Assembly (NCBI GenBank): GCA_963781215.1
Contig: CAWAFE010000035.1
Span: 91,536-155,535 of the forward strand
Origin: an uncultured Alphaproteobacteria bacterium
GTDB taxonomy: Bacteria > Pseudomonadota > Alphaproteobacteria > ATCC43930 > CGMCC-115725
Direction: 5' to 3'
DNA: 64,000 nt
The notes under the pieces are model-generated. The model was not told the DNA's origin. It saw only the letters and a list, made by a program, of their open reading frames with translations, and searched no databases. Every line of letters begins with the position of its first letter. Position 1 is the first letter of the stretch. This document shows, piece after piece, positions 1 through 12,456 of the stretch. The position numbers and the translations under genes were made by a program.

Positions 1-392
1 ACGACGAGCACATAGTCGCACCGCCGCTCGCCGCCGGTCTCGAAGAGAAGCGGAATGTCGAGCACAGCGAGGGGCCGCCGCTGCGCCCGGGCCCGTGCCA
101 GAAACCGATATTCCCCGGCTCTGACGATCGGATGCAGGATCTGCTCCAGCCGAATCAGCGCATCCCTGTCGCCGAACACCCGCCGGCCAAGGAGGGCGCG
201 GTCGATCCCGCCGGCGGCACCGCGGACACCCGGAAACGCGGCCTCGACCTCTTCCACCGCAGCACCCCCCGGCGCCATCAGCCGGTGCACGGCCTGATCG
301 GCGTCGAAGAGCGGCAGGCCGAGCCCGCGCAGCATCTTCGCTGCGGTGGTCTTGCCCATCCCGATCGAGCCGGTGAGGCCAAGGATGATCAC
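1..392 (-). CDS. coaE: dephospho-CoA kinase, N-terminal ~130 codons (C-terminus beyond window start)
   Basis: Reverse-strand translation from GTG at 392 reads VIILGLTGSIGMGKTTAAKMLRGLGLPLFDA (P-loop typical of CoaE). Start overlaps the aroE stop by 4 nt. Not in ORF track because no stop lies inside the window. Confidence 0.8.
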   Translation of the reverse strand, partial: MIILGLTGSIGMGKTTAAKMLRGLGLPLFDADQAVHRLMAPGGAAVEEVEAAFPGVRGAAGGIDRALLGRRVFGDRDALIRLEQILHPIVRAGEYRFLARARAQRRPLAVLDIPLLFETGGERRCDYVLV

Positions 393-1246
393 CGCGCCAA
401 CGTCGCCACGATCGCGGAGCGCAGCTGGAGGCTGACCCGGACCGGCGCCCCGAACCACGCCTCGAACCCCGGACGCCCCTGATGCAGCAGCATGCCGAGG
501 CCATCGACGACCGGGTGGCCGCGCCGCCGCGCCGCCGCAAGCAGGCCGGTTTCGAGCGGCACATAAACGATATCGACAACCGGCGCCGAGAGCGGGTACG
601 CCGAAAGATCGAGGTCAAGCGGCGGCTCGCCCGCCATCCCGAGGCTAGTCGTGTTGACGAGCAGCCCGGCGCCTCGTCCCGCTTCGCGGGCCTCATCCCA
701 GCTGTGGATCGAGATGCTCGTCCCGGCCGTCGTCAAGTCGCGGACGAGTGCTTCGGCATGGGCACGGGTCCGGTTCACCAGCCGAATTGCGGAGACCCCG
801 GCATCGATCAGCGACGCGACCACCGCTCGTGCCGACCCGCCGGCGCCGAGGACGACCGCCGGACCTGACGCCGCATTCCAATCCGGCACTGCCTCGCGCA
901 AATTCTCGCGAAAGCCGTAAGCATCGGTGTTGCGCCCTTCGAGGCTGCCGTCCGGCGCCACGATGATCGTGTTGACCGCACCAATCCGCCGGGCCAGTGG
1001 TTCGAGCTGGTCGACCACCGGCAACGCCATCTGCTTGTGCGGGAGCGTCAGGTTACAGCCGCGAAAGCCGAGGATCGGCAAGGCCCGCAATGCCGCCTCG
1101 ATCTGCTCCGGCCGCACCGGCAGCGGCAGATACGCGCCGTCGATCCCGGTCTGGTCGAGCCAGAAGCCGTGCAGCAGCGGCGAGCGGGAATGGGCGACCG
1201 GCCATCCCATGATCCCGGCAAGGCGCGTCGAGCCCGTGATCCTCAT
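389..1246 (-). CDS. aroE: shikimate dehydrogenase
   Basis: 285-aa ORF with GWPVAHSRSPLLHGFW, EGRNTDAYGF and Rossmann VVLGAGGSARAV motifs. Confidence 0.9.
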   Translation of the reverse strand: MRITGSTRLAGIMGWPVAHSRSPLLHGFWLDQTGIDGAYLPLPVRPEQIEAALRALPILGFRGCNLTLPHKQMALPVVDQLEPLARRIGAVNTIIVAPDGSLEGRNTDAYGFRENLREAVPDWNAASGPAVVLGAGGSARAVVASLIDAGVSAIRLVNRTRAHAEALVRDLTTAGTSISIHSWDEAREAGRGAGLLVNTTSLGMAGEPPLDLDLSAYPLSAPVVDIVYVPLETGLLAAARRRGHPVVDGLGMLLHQGRPGFEAWFGAPVRVSLQLRSAIVATLAR

Positions 1247-1281
1247 CCCCGATCCTTATCATGACGCCGGTACGGAGCCAC

Positions 1282-1881
1282 CTACGACACGAGGGTCCCG
1301 CGATCCCGCAAGAACGCCAACAGCTCGAGCAAAGGAAGCCCGAGGATCGAAAAGTAATCGCCCTCGATACGATCGAACAGTTGGATGCCGCGGCCTTCGA
1401 GACGGTAGGCGCCGACCGTGCCGAGAATCGCGGGTCCCTCGGCTGTAAGGTAGGCTTCGAGGAACGAATCGCTGAAGGGCCGCATCCTCAGCTTCGGCGC
1501 AGTGACGGCATGCCACAGCCGCTCGCCGGCCCGAACCGCGCAAGCCGCCGTCATCAGCCGATGGCTTCGGCCACGCAACTCTCGTAGCTGAGCACGCGCC
1601 TGCACTGCATCCGCGGGCTTTTCGAACCAGGTCTCGCCGCAAACCAGGATCTGATCCGCACCGATCACCAGCGCCCGATCGCGCTGTTGCGACACATATT
1701 GCGCCTTCGCCTCAGCGAGCGCCAAAGCGCAGTCGCCGACGTCTGTTCCGGCAGCTCCGTAGCTCTGTCTGACGGCGGCCTCGTCGATGTCCGCCGGCTC
1801 TATGCTGAAGTCGAGCCCTGCCGCGGCGAGCAGCCCGGCCCGAGCCGGGCTCGCCGAAGCAAGGATCAGCTCCTCATCCAT
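1282..1881 (-). CDS. maf: Maf-like nucleoside triphosphate pyrophosphatase
   Basis: 199-aa ORF; LILASASPARAGLL N-terminus and GAYRLEGRGIQLF C-terminal motif. Confidence 0.85.
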   Translation of the reverse strand: MDEELILASASPARAGLLAAAGLDFSIEPADIDEAAVRQSYGAAGTDVGDCALALAEAKAQYVSQQRDRALVIGADQILVCGETWFEKPADAVQARAQLRELRGRSHRLMTAACAVRAGERLWHAVTAPKLRMRPFSDSFLEAYLTAEGPAILGTVGAYRLEGRGIQLFDRIEGDYFSILGLPLLELLAFLRDRGTLVS

Positions 1882-2692
1882 CAGTGCCGTGCCGCCGCGC
1901 CAGCATCTTCAAGATCGTCGCCGCCGTCTCCTCGATCGAGCGCCGCGACACGTCGATCACCTGCCAGTGCCGTTCGGCGAAAACCCGGCGCGCCTCGCGC
2001 ACTTCCTCTCGCACGGCTTCGAGATCGGTGTAATCCGTCGTGTCGTCCTGGTGCAGCATCGAGAGCCGGTTGCGGCGCAGTTGGATCAAGCGCTCGGGAT
2101 CGTTGGTCAGCCCGACCATCAGCGGACGCTTGGCCTCGAGCAGCTCCGGCGGCAATTGCACCCCCGGAACGAACGGGACATTGGCAGCCTTGATTCCGCG
2201 GTTGGCGAGATAGAGGCAGGTCGGCGTCTTTGAGGTGCGCGATACGCCGACGAGGCAGACATCGGCATCGTCGAGACCCCAGCTCGATTGCCCGTCGTCG
2301 TGATTGAGGGCAAACGTCATCGCATCGATGCGCGCGAAATACTCACTGTCGAGCAAATGTTGCTTGCCCGGCACGCCGCGGCTCTCCCGGTGCAGAAAGG
2401 ACGCCAGCGCACCGATCACCGGATCGAGCACCGGGATCGCCGGCACCTGAAGCCGCCGGCAGCCTTGTTGCAGCAGTTCGCGTAGCGCATCATTGACCAG
2501 GGTGAACAGTACGACCCCGGGGTTTGCCTCGACCCCGGCAATCACGCGGTCGACCTGGCTGCGGGTGCGCACCATGCTCCACATATGCTCGATCGGCTTC
2601 GCCTCGTCGAACTGCACGAGGCAGGCGCGCGCCACCGAATGCACCGTCTCCCCGGTCGAATCGGAGACAAGATGGAGATGAAACCGCGTCAC
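1874..2692 (-). CDS. kinase/pyrophosphorylase (DUF299; pyruvate phosphate dikinase / PEP synthase regulatory protein family)
   Basis: 272-aa ORF; LHLVSDSTGETV N-terminus and GVSRTSKTPT P-loop. 8-nt overlap with maf start. Confidence 0.85.
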   Translation of the reverse strand: MTRFHLHLVSDSTGETVHSVARACLVQFDEAKPIEHMWSMVRTRSQVDRVIAGVEANPGVVLFTLVNDALRELLQQGCRRLQVPAIPVLDPVIGALASFLHRESRGVPGKQHLLDSEYFARIDAMTFALNHDDGQSSWGLDDADVCLVGVSRTSKTPTCLYLANRGIKAANVPFVPGVQLPPELLEAKRPLMVGLTNDPERLIQLRRNRLSMLHQDDTTDYTDLEAVREEVREARRVFAERHWQVIDVSRRSIEETAATILKMLARRHGTDG

Positions 2693-3084
2693 GCCAGCTG
2701 CGCCTCTCGCCAGAGCCCTATCCCCAGCCGAAGGTGGATCGACAATGGATCATCGAGGAAAACCGCACCCGTCGGCATTCCCGCCATCGACGATCCCCGT
2801 CTTTGCGATCTCCATCGGCATTCTTATCTACCCGAGGATTAAACTTCTGCACAGCCGCAAAAATCCGGGGATTGTCGGGCTATCGACCTGTTTCATCCCC
2901 GCTCTTCCCGGCTTTCACAGCGAGCGGATCCCACGCCGATGATACATTATCCCCAACCCTGTGCACCGAGTTCACGATACCGGGCTAGCTGTAGATGAAC
3001 CTTGGCAAGCTCGTAGATTGATCCGTAATCCCCGGTTTCTACAGGCAACATCATCTACTACTGGTTAGTATATAAAAGATATAG
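2693..3084. other. candidate chromosomal replication origin (Cori-type gap between DUF299 gene and hemE)
   Basis: Divergent 392-bp non-coding gap in the conserved alphaproteobacterial DUF299|hemE origin context. DnaA-box-like CTATCCCCA (2718-2726) and TTATCCCCA (2947-2955). GATCC-containing weaker matches at 2733-2741 and 2745-2753. AT-rich TAGTATATAAAAGATATAG at 3066-3084. Confidence 0.5.
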
Positions 3085-3105
3085 ATGAAGGGGAGAACCG
3101 CACAG

Positions 3106-4155
3106 ATGACCAGCAGCGGAGAGAAAGCCTTGTGCCGGGCGCTGGCGGGAGAGACCCTTGCATCTCCGCCGTGGTGGCTGATGCGGCAGGCCGGACGCTA
3201 TCTCCCTGAATATCGCGAGGTTCGTGCCGGGGCCGCCGATTTTGTCGAATTGTGCCTGACCCCGGCGCTCGCTGCCGAGCTTACCTTGCAACCGCTGCGA
3301 CGCTATCGAATGGACGGGGCGATCCTGTTTTCGGATATCCTGCTGCTGCCATATGCTCTCGGGCAGAAGCTGGAATATCGCGAAGGCGAGGGGCCGGTCC
3401 TCGAGCCGCTAGCCGACGCTGCCGCTGTCGCGCGTCTGCTGCCTGGCGCGGTTGGTGTGCGTCTCGGTCCAGTGTTCGAGGCGGTAAAGCGGGTCCACGC
3501 GGCGCTCGACCGGGGAACCGCGTTGATCGGCTTTGCCGGCGCTCCGTGGACGGTAGCCACCTATATGGTTGAAGGCGGCACGAGCCGGGATTTCCGCCGC
3601 GTCAAGGGGTGGGCTTATCGAGATCCGCCGGGTTTTGCCGCCCTGATCGATTTGCTGGTCCAAGCCACCGTTGATTTTCTCGCAGCACAGATCGATGCCG
3701 GCGTCGAGATCGTGCAGCTCTTCGACAGCTGGGCCGGCGTGTTGCCGGAGCCAGCGTTCGAGCGCTGGGTGATCGGGCCGACGAAACGCATCACCGCGGC
3801 GCTGAAGAAGCGATTTCCCGATCTCCCGATCATCGGCTTCCCGCGCGGCGCCGGTCTTCTCTATGAGCGCTATGCTAGGGAGTCCGGGGTCGATGCGGTC
3901 GGGCTCGACACCGCGGTGCCGGCGGGCTTCGCCAGGGAACGGCTGCAGCCGCTAATGGCGGTCCAGGGCAATCTCGATCCGGTGGCGCTGATGGTCGGCG
4001 GCACGGCACTTGCCACTGCGGTGCATGAGCTCCGCCGGATGCTCAATAGCGGCCCGTGGGTATTCAATCTCGGGCATGGCGTATTGCCGGAAACGCCACC
4101 TGAGAACGTCGCGGCTCTCGCTCGCATGCTCGCCGAGCCGCTTGCCGCCCCTTGA
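3106..4155 (+). CDS. hemE: uroporphyrinogen decarboxylase
   Basis: ORF 3085-4155 with PPWWLMRQAGRYLPEYREVR motif. Second ATG (3106) preferred because AAGGGGAGA lies 9 nt upstream; the 3085 ATG sits in the AT-rich stretch. Confidence 0.9.
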   Translation: MTSSGEKALCRALAGETLASPPWWLMRQAGRYLPEYREVRAGAADFVELCLTPALAAELTLQPLRRYRMDGAILFSDILLLPYALGQKLEYREGEGPVLEPLADAAAVARLLPGAVGVRLGPVFEAVKRVHAALDRGTALIGFAGAPWTVATYMVEGGTSRDFRRVKGWAYRDPPGFAALIDLLVQATVDFLAAQIDAGVEIVQLFDSWAGVLPEPAFERWVIGPTKRITAALKKRFPDLPIIGFPRGAGLLYERYARESGVDAVGLDTAVPAGFARERLQPLMAVQGNLDPVALMVGGTALATAVHELRRMLNSGPWVFNLGHGVLPETPPENVAALARMLAEPLAAP

Positions 4156-4156
4156 T

Positions 4157-5116
4157 ATGCCGCGCACAGCGGTCGTGCTGATGAACCTCGGCGGCCCCGA
4201 TTCACCGGCGGCGATCGAGCCATTCCTGTTCAACCTGTTCAGCGATCCCGCCATTATCCGTCTGCCGGCGTGGCTGCGTTTGCCGCTAGCGCGGCTGATC
4301 ACTCGGCGCCGCGCAGGCCCGGCACACGCGATCTACGCACGCCTCGGCGGAAGCTCACCGTTGCTGGCGAACACCGAGGCGCAGGCGCAGGCGCTGGAGA
4401 CGGTGCTGGGGCCCGGCCACCGTTGCTTTGTCGCGATGCGCTACTGGCATCCGATGAGCGGCGAGGCGGCACAAGCGGTCAAGGCGTGGGCGCCGAACGA
4501 AATCGTTTGCCTACCGCTCTATCCGCAATTCTCGACGACCACGACGGCCTCGTCCCTGACGGCTTGGTGCGCGGCTGCGGCGCATCACGGCCTTGTTTGC
4601 GCGACGCGGATCATCTCCCGCTATCCCACCGAAGAAGGGTTTATCGCAGCGCTCGCCAGGTTGGTCCGGCCGGTCCTCGAAAGAGCATCCGGGGGCGTCC
4701 GATCTCCGCGCCTATTGCTGAGCGCGCATGGCCTACCAAAAAAATTTGTGCGTGCAGGCGACCCCTATCCCGGGCAGGTGGCAGAGACGGCAGCGGCGCT
4801 GGTGGCCGCGCTGGCGTGGCCGGGGCTCGATTGGCGCGTCTGCTACCAAAGCCGGGTCGGGCCGCTCGAATGGATCGGCCCGGCGACCGACGCCGAGATC
4901 CGCCGTGCCGGCGCCGAGCGGGTGCCGCTGGTGGTGGCGCCGATCTCGTTTGTCTCGGAGCATTCGGAGACCCTGGTCGAGCTCGACCTCGATTATCGCC
5001 TTATCGCCGAGAAGAGCGGCGTGCCTGCCTATCACCGCGTCCCAGCCCTCGCAACCGAGCCCGCCTTTATCGCAGCCCTCGCATCATTGGTGCGCCGCGC
5101 CGGACTTGAAGGCTGA
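4157..5116 (+). CDS. hemH: ferrochelatase
   Basis: In-frame ATG at 4157 (MPRTAVVLMNLGGPDS), 1 nt after the hemE stop. HGLPKKFVRAGDPY and SFVSEHSETLVELD motifs. Confidence 0.9.
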   Translation: MPRTAVVLMNLGGPDSPAAIEPFLFNLFSDPAIIRLPAWLRLPLARLITRRRAGPAHAIYARLGGSSPLLANTEAQAQALETVLGPGHRCFVAMRYWHPMSGEAAQAVKAWAPNEIVCLPLYPQFSTTTTASSLTAWCAAAAHHGLVCATRIISRYPTEEGFIAALARLVRPVLERASGGVRSPRLLLSAHGLPKKFVRAGDPYPGQVAETAAALVAALAWPGLDWRVCYQSRVGPLEWIGPATDAEIRRAGAERVPLVVAPISFVSEHSETLVELDLDYRLIAEKSGVPAYHRVPALATEPAFIAALASLVRRAGLEG

Positions 5117-5118
5117 GC

Positions 5119-5569
5119 ATGAGCATGTGGCTTGCCGCGGCCTATCCATGGGTCAAATCGGCGCACATTCTGGCCGTCATCGCCTGGATGGCGGGGCTGC
5201 TCTATCTGCCGCGGCTCTTTGTTTACCATGCGCATGGCGCCGGTCGGGTCCGACCGGTCGGAGACCTTCAAAATCATGGAGCGGCGCCTCCAGCGCGGGA
5301 TCATGACCCCGGCGATGATTGCTGCCTGGCTCTTCGGCTTGGCGCTCGCCGGCACGCCGGGGCTGGTCGATTGGCACCGAGGATGGATCTGGGCCAAGCT
5401 TGCCTTGGTCGTCGCGCTGACCACATATCACGCGATGCTCGCGCGGTGGCGCGGGGCCTTCGCCGAGGATCGCAACCTCCACTCAGCTCGTTTTTTTCGG
5501 ATTGCCAACGAACTGCCGACCCTGGCGCTGATCGCGATCGTCGTCCTCGTCGTCGTCAAACCGTTTTGA
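5119..5569 (+). pseudogene. hemJ: protoporphyrinogen IX oxidase HemJ (UPF0093), reading frame broken once
   Basis: The N-terminal part WVKSAHILAVIAWMAGLLYLPRLFVYHA is in the frame of ORF 5119. The rest, GSDRSETFKIMERRLQRGIMTPAMIAAW...KPF, is in the frame of ORF 5132. The switch is needed near 5233-5245. Confidence 0.75.
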
Positions 5570-5777
5570 CGAGAAAGCCATGGTTTTTCAACATAGGAGG
5601 ATCTTGCAATCGCGTTTGACTTCCCTATCTCCTTGAGCTAAGGGAAATCACCTCCCGGCAATCGCCGTCTCTGACTACTCCCTTCGATCCTCGCCCAGAC
5701 CTTAGAGCCTGCTTGAATGGTTACGGCAGGCGTTCCTCCGGACGGGCGAGCCTTGCCCCACCGTGACGCGAAACTCC

Positions 5778-8662
<2,885 letters not shown>

Positions 8663-8690
8663 CTGCCGGTCGGCGGTCTCCGACCGGCAG
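8663..8690. repeat. perfect 10-bp-stem palindromic hairpin directly abutting the start codon of the membrane-protein gene
   Basis: CTGCCGGTCG-gcggtctc-CGACCGGCAG read directly at 8663-8690. No Shine-Dalgarno between it and the ATG at 8662. Confidence 0.6.
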
Positions 8691-8731
8691 CGATAGGCCC
8701 GGACCCCGTTATATCCGGTTAACGCAAAGCT

Positions 8732-8749
8732 GGCCCCGGCGGCGGGGCC
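8732..8749 (-). terminator. probable intrinsic terminator of qor
   Basis: GGCCCCG-gcgg-CGGGGCC hairpin 20 nt downstream of the qor stop. On the minus strand it is followed by AGCTTTGCGTT. Confidence 0.45.
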
Positions 8750-8768
8750 GCTTCGCAGCGCTCCTCCA

Positions 8769-9743
8769 CTACACGGTCAAGACCGTCTGCCCCGTGGTCT
8801 TGCGGCCTTCGAGGTCGCGGTGGGCGCGCGCAGCCTCGCGCAGCGGATAGGTCTGGTTGACCGCGATCTTGACGGCACCGCTTTCGACGACCGCGAACAA
8901 TTCGCGCGCCGCGGTCAACAAATCCTCGCGCGAGGCGGTGTAGGTGTTCAACGTGGGCCGTGTCAGGAACAGCGAGCCTTTGCCGGCGAGAATGCCGATA
9001 TCGACCGGGCCGATCGCGCCCGAAGACTGGCCGAACGAGGCCATCAGCCCCAAGGGTGCCAGGCAATCGAGCGATTTGTAGAACGTGTCCTTGCCGACCG
9101 AATCATAGACGACCGGCAACTTCTTCCCCTGGGTCAGCTCGTTGACCCGGGCGACGAAATCCTCGCGCCGGTAGACGATCGGGTGGTCGCAGCCGTGTTT
9201 CTTGACGAGCGCGGCCTTGTCGTCGTCGCCGACCGTGCCGATCACGGTGGCGCCGAGATGTTTGGCCCATTGGCACACGATCAACCCGACCCCGCCCGCG
9301 GCGGCATGGATCAGGATCGTCTCGCCGCGCTTCACCGGATGGGTGCGGCGGACGAGGTACCAGGCGGTCATGCCCTTCAACATCATTGCCGCAGCCTGTT
9401 GGTCGGTAATGCCTGCCGGGATCGGGACGAGTCGGTCGGCCGGCATCACCCTTCCCTCGGCATAGGCGCCGATCGGGCCGCCGGCATAGGCGACACGGTC
9501 GCCGGCTTTGAGCCCGCTCACCCCCGGTCCGACCTCCTCGACCACCCCCGCCGCCTCGGAGCCGAGCCCGCTCGGCATCGGCATAGTGTAGAGGCCGCTC
9601 CTCTGATAGGTGTCGATATAGTTGAGACCGACCGCAGTGTGGCGCAGCCGCACCTGCCCCTCTGTGGGCTTGCCGATCTCAACTTCCTGCCACGACAGCA
9701 CCTCGGGGCCGCCGGTCTTCTCGAAACGGATCGCATGCACCAT
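8769..9743 (-). CDS. qor: NADPH:quinone oxidoreductase (zeta-crystallin-type MDR)
   Basis: 324-aa ORF; VRLRHTAVGLNYIDTYQRSGLY and AAAGGVGLIVCQWAK motifs. Confidence 0.85.
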   Translation of the reverse strand: MVHAIRFEKTGGPEVLSWQEVEIGKPTEGQVRLRHTAVGLNYIDTYQRSGLYTMPMPSGLGSEAAGVVEEVGPGVSGLKAGDRVAYAGGPIGAYAEGRVMPADRLVPIPAGITDQQAAAMMLKGMTAWYLVRRTHPVKRGETILIHAAAGGVGLIVCQWAKHLGATVIGTVGDDDKAALVKKHGCDHPIVYRREDFVARVNELTQGKKLPVVYDSVGKDTFYKSLDCLAPLGLMASFGQSSGAIGPVDIGILAGKGSLFLTRPTLNTYTASREDLLTAARELFAVVESGAVKIAVNQTYPLREAARAHRDLEGRKTTGQTVLTV

Positions 9744-9777
9744 TGCCGTCCCTTTCAGGGTTGATGGTAGGTTTGGA

Positions 9778-10287
9778 TCAGGGATGCAGCGGTGCGCCGA
9801 TCGGCTGGCTCGGCTGCGATGCCGTGCGCTTGCGTGCGACGACGGTGCCGCCCTCGAGCGCCAGCAAGGCCCGTTTGGTCGCCAGCCCGGCGCCGCCGCT
9901 GTAGCCGCCGAGCCCGGCGCTGCCCAGCACCCGGTGGCAGGGAATGACGATCGGGATCGGGTTGCGGCCGCAGGCGCCGCCGATCGCCCGCGGCGCCGAA
10001 TCGACGCTCATCGCCAATTCGCCATAGCTGCGCGTCTGCCCAAAGGGGATCTGTCGCATCGCCGCCCACACGCGCCGGTCGAACGCCGAGCCCGCCGGCA
10101 TCAGCGGCAGGTCAAACCGGGTCAACCGTCCGGCGAAATAGGCTTCGAGCTGTCGGGCGGCCTCGGCCAAGAGCGGCGTCCTCTCGCCGGTCTCGCCCTC
10201 GCCCCAACCGATCTGCACCACCGCACCCTCGGCTTCGGTGACAGTGAGCCGCCCAACCGGGCTGTCGATCGAGATGGAATTCGTCAT
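9778..10287 (-). CDS. ogt: methylated-DNA--protein-cysteine methyltransferase
   Basis: PCHRV active-site motif ([15 protein letters not shown]). Internal ATG at 10287 ([14 protein letters not shown]) forms an ATGA overlap with the upstream gene's stop. Confidence 0.85.
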   Translation of the reverse strand: MTNSISIDSPVGRLTVTEAEGAVVQIGWGEGETGERTPLLAEAARQLEAYFAGRLTRFDLPLMPAGSAFDRRVWAAMRQIPFGQTRSYGELAMSVDSAPRAIGGACGRNPIPIVIPCHRVLGSAGLGGYSGGAGLATKRALLALEGGTVVARKRTASQPSQPIGAPLHP

Positions 10288-12308
10288 CGCACCCTCTCCA
10301 GCGCTTCGTGCAAGGCGGCGGGCTCGGTCAGCGGCAGCGAGCAGACGGGTCCCTCGCATAGATAGGCGGCGGGCCGACCGTCGACGAGACCCTTGCCGAA
10401 AGCCGGATGATCCGCCGGCAACGCCGTCCCTGGTGCCAGGGTCAGCACCACCCGGCTCGGCAAGGAGACACCGTAGACCGTGCGGCGCAACGCCTCGAAA
10501 TCCGGCATCCCCCCCTCTCCGACAACGACGATCTGCACCGGCCTCGCCAGCAGCTCGGCATTGTTGAGCAAGGTCGCGAGCGGGAAAAAGTTGCGCGCGG
10601 CCTCGCCCGAAAAGGTCTCGACGATCGCCTCGGCGCGGCGGCGATAGCCATCCTCGCCGGTCAGGAGCGACAGCCGGGTCAATACCCCGACGAGGGTGCC
10701 GTTGCCGGCCGGAACCGCGGCATCGGCGGCGGTCTTGGCCCGCGCGATCAGCCCCTCGGTGTCGTCAGCGGCAAAGAAATACCCGCCTCCCGCGGCATCC
10801 CGGTAATGGCGGTCGAGGATCGCGATCCATTCGCGCGCCTGCTCGATAAAATCCTCCCCGCCGAGGGCTTCGTGCAATGCCAGTGCCCCACGGCAGAGAT
10901 TGGCGTAGTCGTCGACATTCGCCGGATGCCGGGCCTGCCCCGCCCGCCAGCTGTGCCGCAGCCGCCCGTCTTCCGCATTCATCCGTGCCCGGACAAAGGC
11001 GAAGGCGCGCCGCGCGGTCTCGACCCAATCCGGCCGCTCGAACACCAGCCCGGCATTCGCCATCGCCGCGATCATCAGCCCGTTCCAATCAGCCAGCACC
11101 TTGTCGTCCCAGCCCGGCCGCACCCGCCCCGTGCGCGCACCCAGCAGCTGCCCGCGGCATTCGGCCAGCACCTGCTCGGTCGCCTCGTCGGCGAGTGCCG
11201 GCGTCCGCAGCCGGTTGAGGATCGTGTGCCCCTCCCAATTCCCTTCCGGCGCCACGTCGTAGAACTGCTTGAACAGCGGCGCCCGGTCGCCCAGCAGCAA
11301 ATCGATCTCCGCTTCGGACCAAACGTAGAATTTGCCTTCCTCGTGCTCGCTGTCGGCGTCGAGGCTGCTGGCGAAGCCGCCGTCGGTGGTCAGCATCTCG
11401 CGCCCGACCCAGCCCAATGTCTCCTCGACCCGCTGCCGGTAGAGCGGGCTCCTGGTTTCCTGCCAGACCAGGGTCAAGAGATCGACGAGCTCGGCGTTGT
11501 CGTAGAGCATTTTCTCGAAATGCGGCGCCAGCCAGCGCGCATCGGTCGAATAGCGGGCAAAGCCGCCGCCCAGATGATCGTAGATGCCGCCCTGGCACAT
11601 CGCGTCGAGGCCCTTCAGCACGGCCTCGCGATAGGGCATCTGCCCGGTGCGCTTCCAGGCGCGCCACAGCAACTCGAGGATTCCGGTCTGCGGGAATTTG
11701 GGTGCGGTGCCGATGCCGCCGTTGAGCTGGTCGACCTCGCGCAACAGCCGTTCGGCGATACGGTCGAGCTGGTCCGGTCCGATCGCACCGCCGCGCTCAG
11801 GCTGCCCCAGCCGCTGCAACGCCTCGCGCAATGCCGCGACGTTCTTCGCCACGTCCTCGCGTTTGCCGCGATAGGCCTCGCTGATCGCGTCGAGGATCTG
11901 GGCAAAGCCGGGCCGCCCCCAGCGCGCCGTCGGCGGGAAATAGGTGCCGCCCCAAAAGGGCTCGCCATCCGGCGTCAGGAACATCGTCAACGGCCAGCCG
12001 CCCTGCTCGCCGGTCAGTGCCAGCGCATGCTGGTAGATCGAATCGAGGTCCGGGCGCTCCTCGCGGTCGACTTTGATGTTGACGAAGAGCGTGTTCATCT
12101 TGTCGGCGATCGCTTGGTCCTCGAAGCTTTCATGCGCCATCACATGGCACCAATGGCAGGCGGCATAGCCGATCGACAACAGGATCGGCCGGTCCATCGC
12201 CTTGGCCGCGGCCAGCGTCGCCGCACCCCAGGGCTGCCAGTGGACGGGGTTGTCCTTGTGCTGGAGGAGATAGGGGCTTGTCTCCTCGCCGAGGCGGTTG
12301 CGGTCCAT
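10284..12308 (-). CDS. thioredoxin-domain protein (DUF255/YyaL type: N-terminal Trx-like domain plus alpha/alpha-toroid domain)
   Basis: [27 protein letters not shown] and [18 protein letters not shown] motifs. Start taken at the 13th codon of ORF 10284-12344. Confidence 0.85.
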   Translation of the reverse strand: MDRNRLGEETSPYLLQHKDNPVHWQPWGAATLAAAKAMDRPILLSIGYAACHWCHVMAHESFEDQAIADKMNTLFVNIKVDREERPDLDSIYQHALALTGEQGGWPLTMFLTPDGEPFWGGTYFPPTARWGRPGFAQILDAISEAYRGKREDVAKNVAALREALQRLGQPERGGAIGPDQLDRIAERLLREVDQLNGGIGTAPKFPQTGILELLWRAWKRTGQMPYREAVLKGLDAMCQGGIYDHLGGGFARYSTDARWLAPHFEKMLYDNAELVDLLTLVWQETRSPLYRQRVEETLGWVGREMLTTDGGFASSLDADSEHEEGKFYVWSEAEIDLLLGDRAPLFKQFYDVAPEGNWEGHTILNRLRTPALADEATEQVLAECRGQLLGARTGRVRPGWDDKVLADWNGLMIAAMANAGLVFERPDWVETARRAFAFVRARMNAEDGRLRHSWRAGQARHPANVDDYANLCRGALALHEALGGEDFIEQAREWIAILDRHYRDAAGGGYFFAADDTEGLIARAKTAADAAVPAGNGTLVGVLTRLSLLTGEDGYRRRAEAIVETFSGEAARNFFPLATLLNNAELLARPVQIVVVGEGGMPDFEALRRTVYGVSLPSRVVLTLAPGTALPADHPAFGKGLVDGRPAAYLCEGPVCSLPLTEPAALHEALERVR

Positions 12309-12456
12309 CGCGGCTCCTGGCGTGCGTGTCGCGGAACGGCACAAGGCAGGGATGCGTTGCCCTCTCTGCCGCGACGGGGTAGGCTCGCCATCTTACTCTC
12401 ACAACGGCGGCTCGCGTCATTCGCTCCGCCGGCCCTACCCAACCGGAGAAACGTCA

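Noticed and set aside
2693-3084. CtrA-binding sites (TTAA-N7-TTAA) and GANTC methylation clusters expected for a Caulobacter-like origin
   Set aside because: I scanned the gap by eye and found a single TTAA (in GGATTAAAC) without a partner at the right spacing, and no GANTC. The origin call therefore rests on synteny, DnaA-box-like motifs and the AT-rich stretch only.
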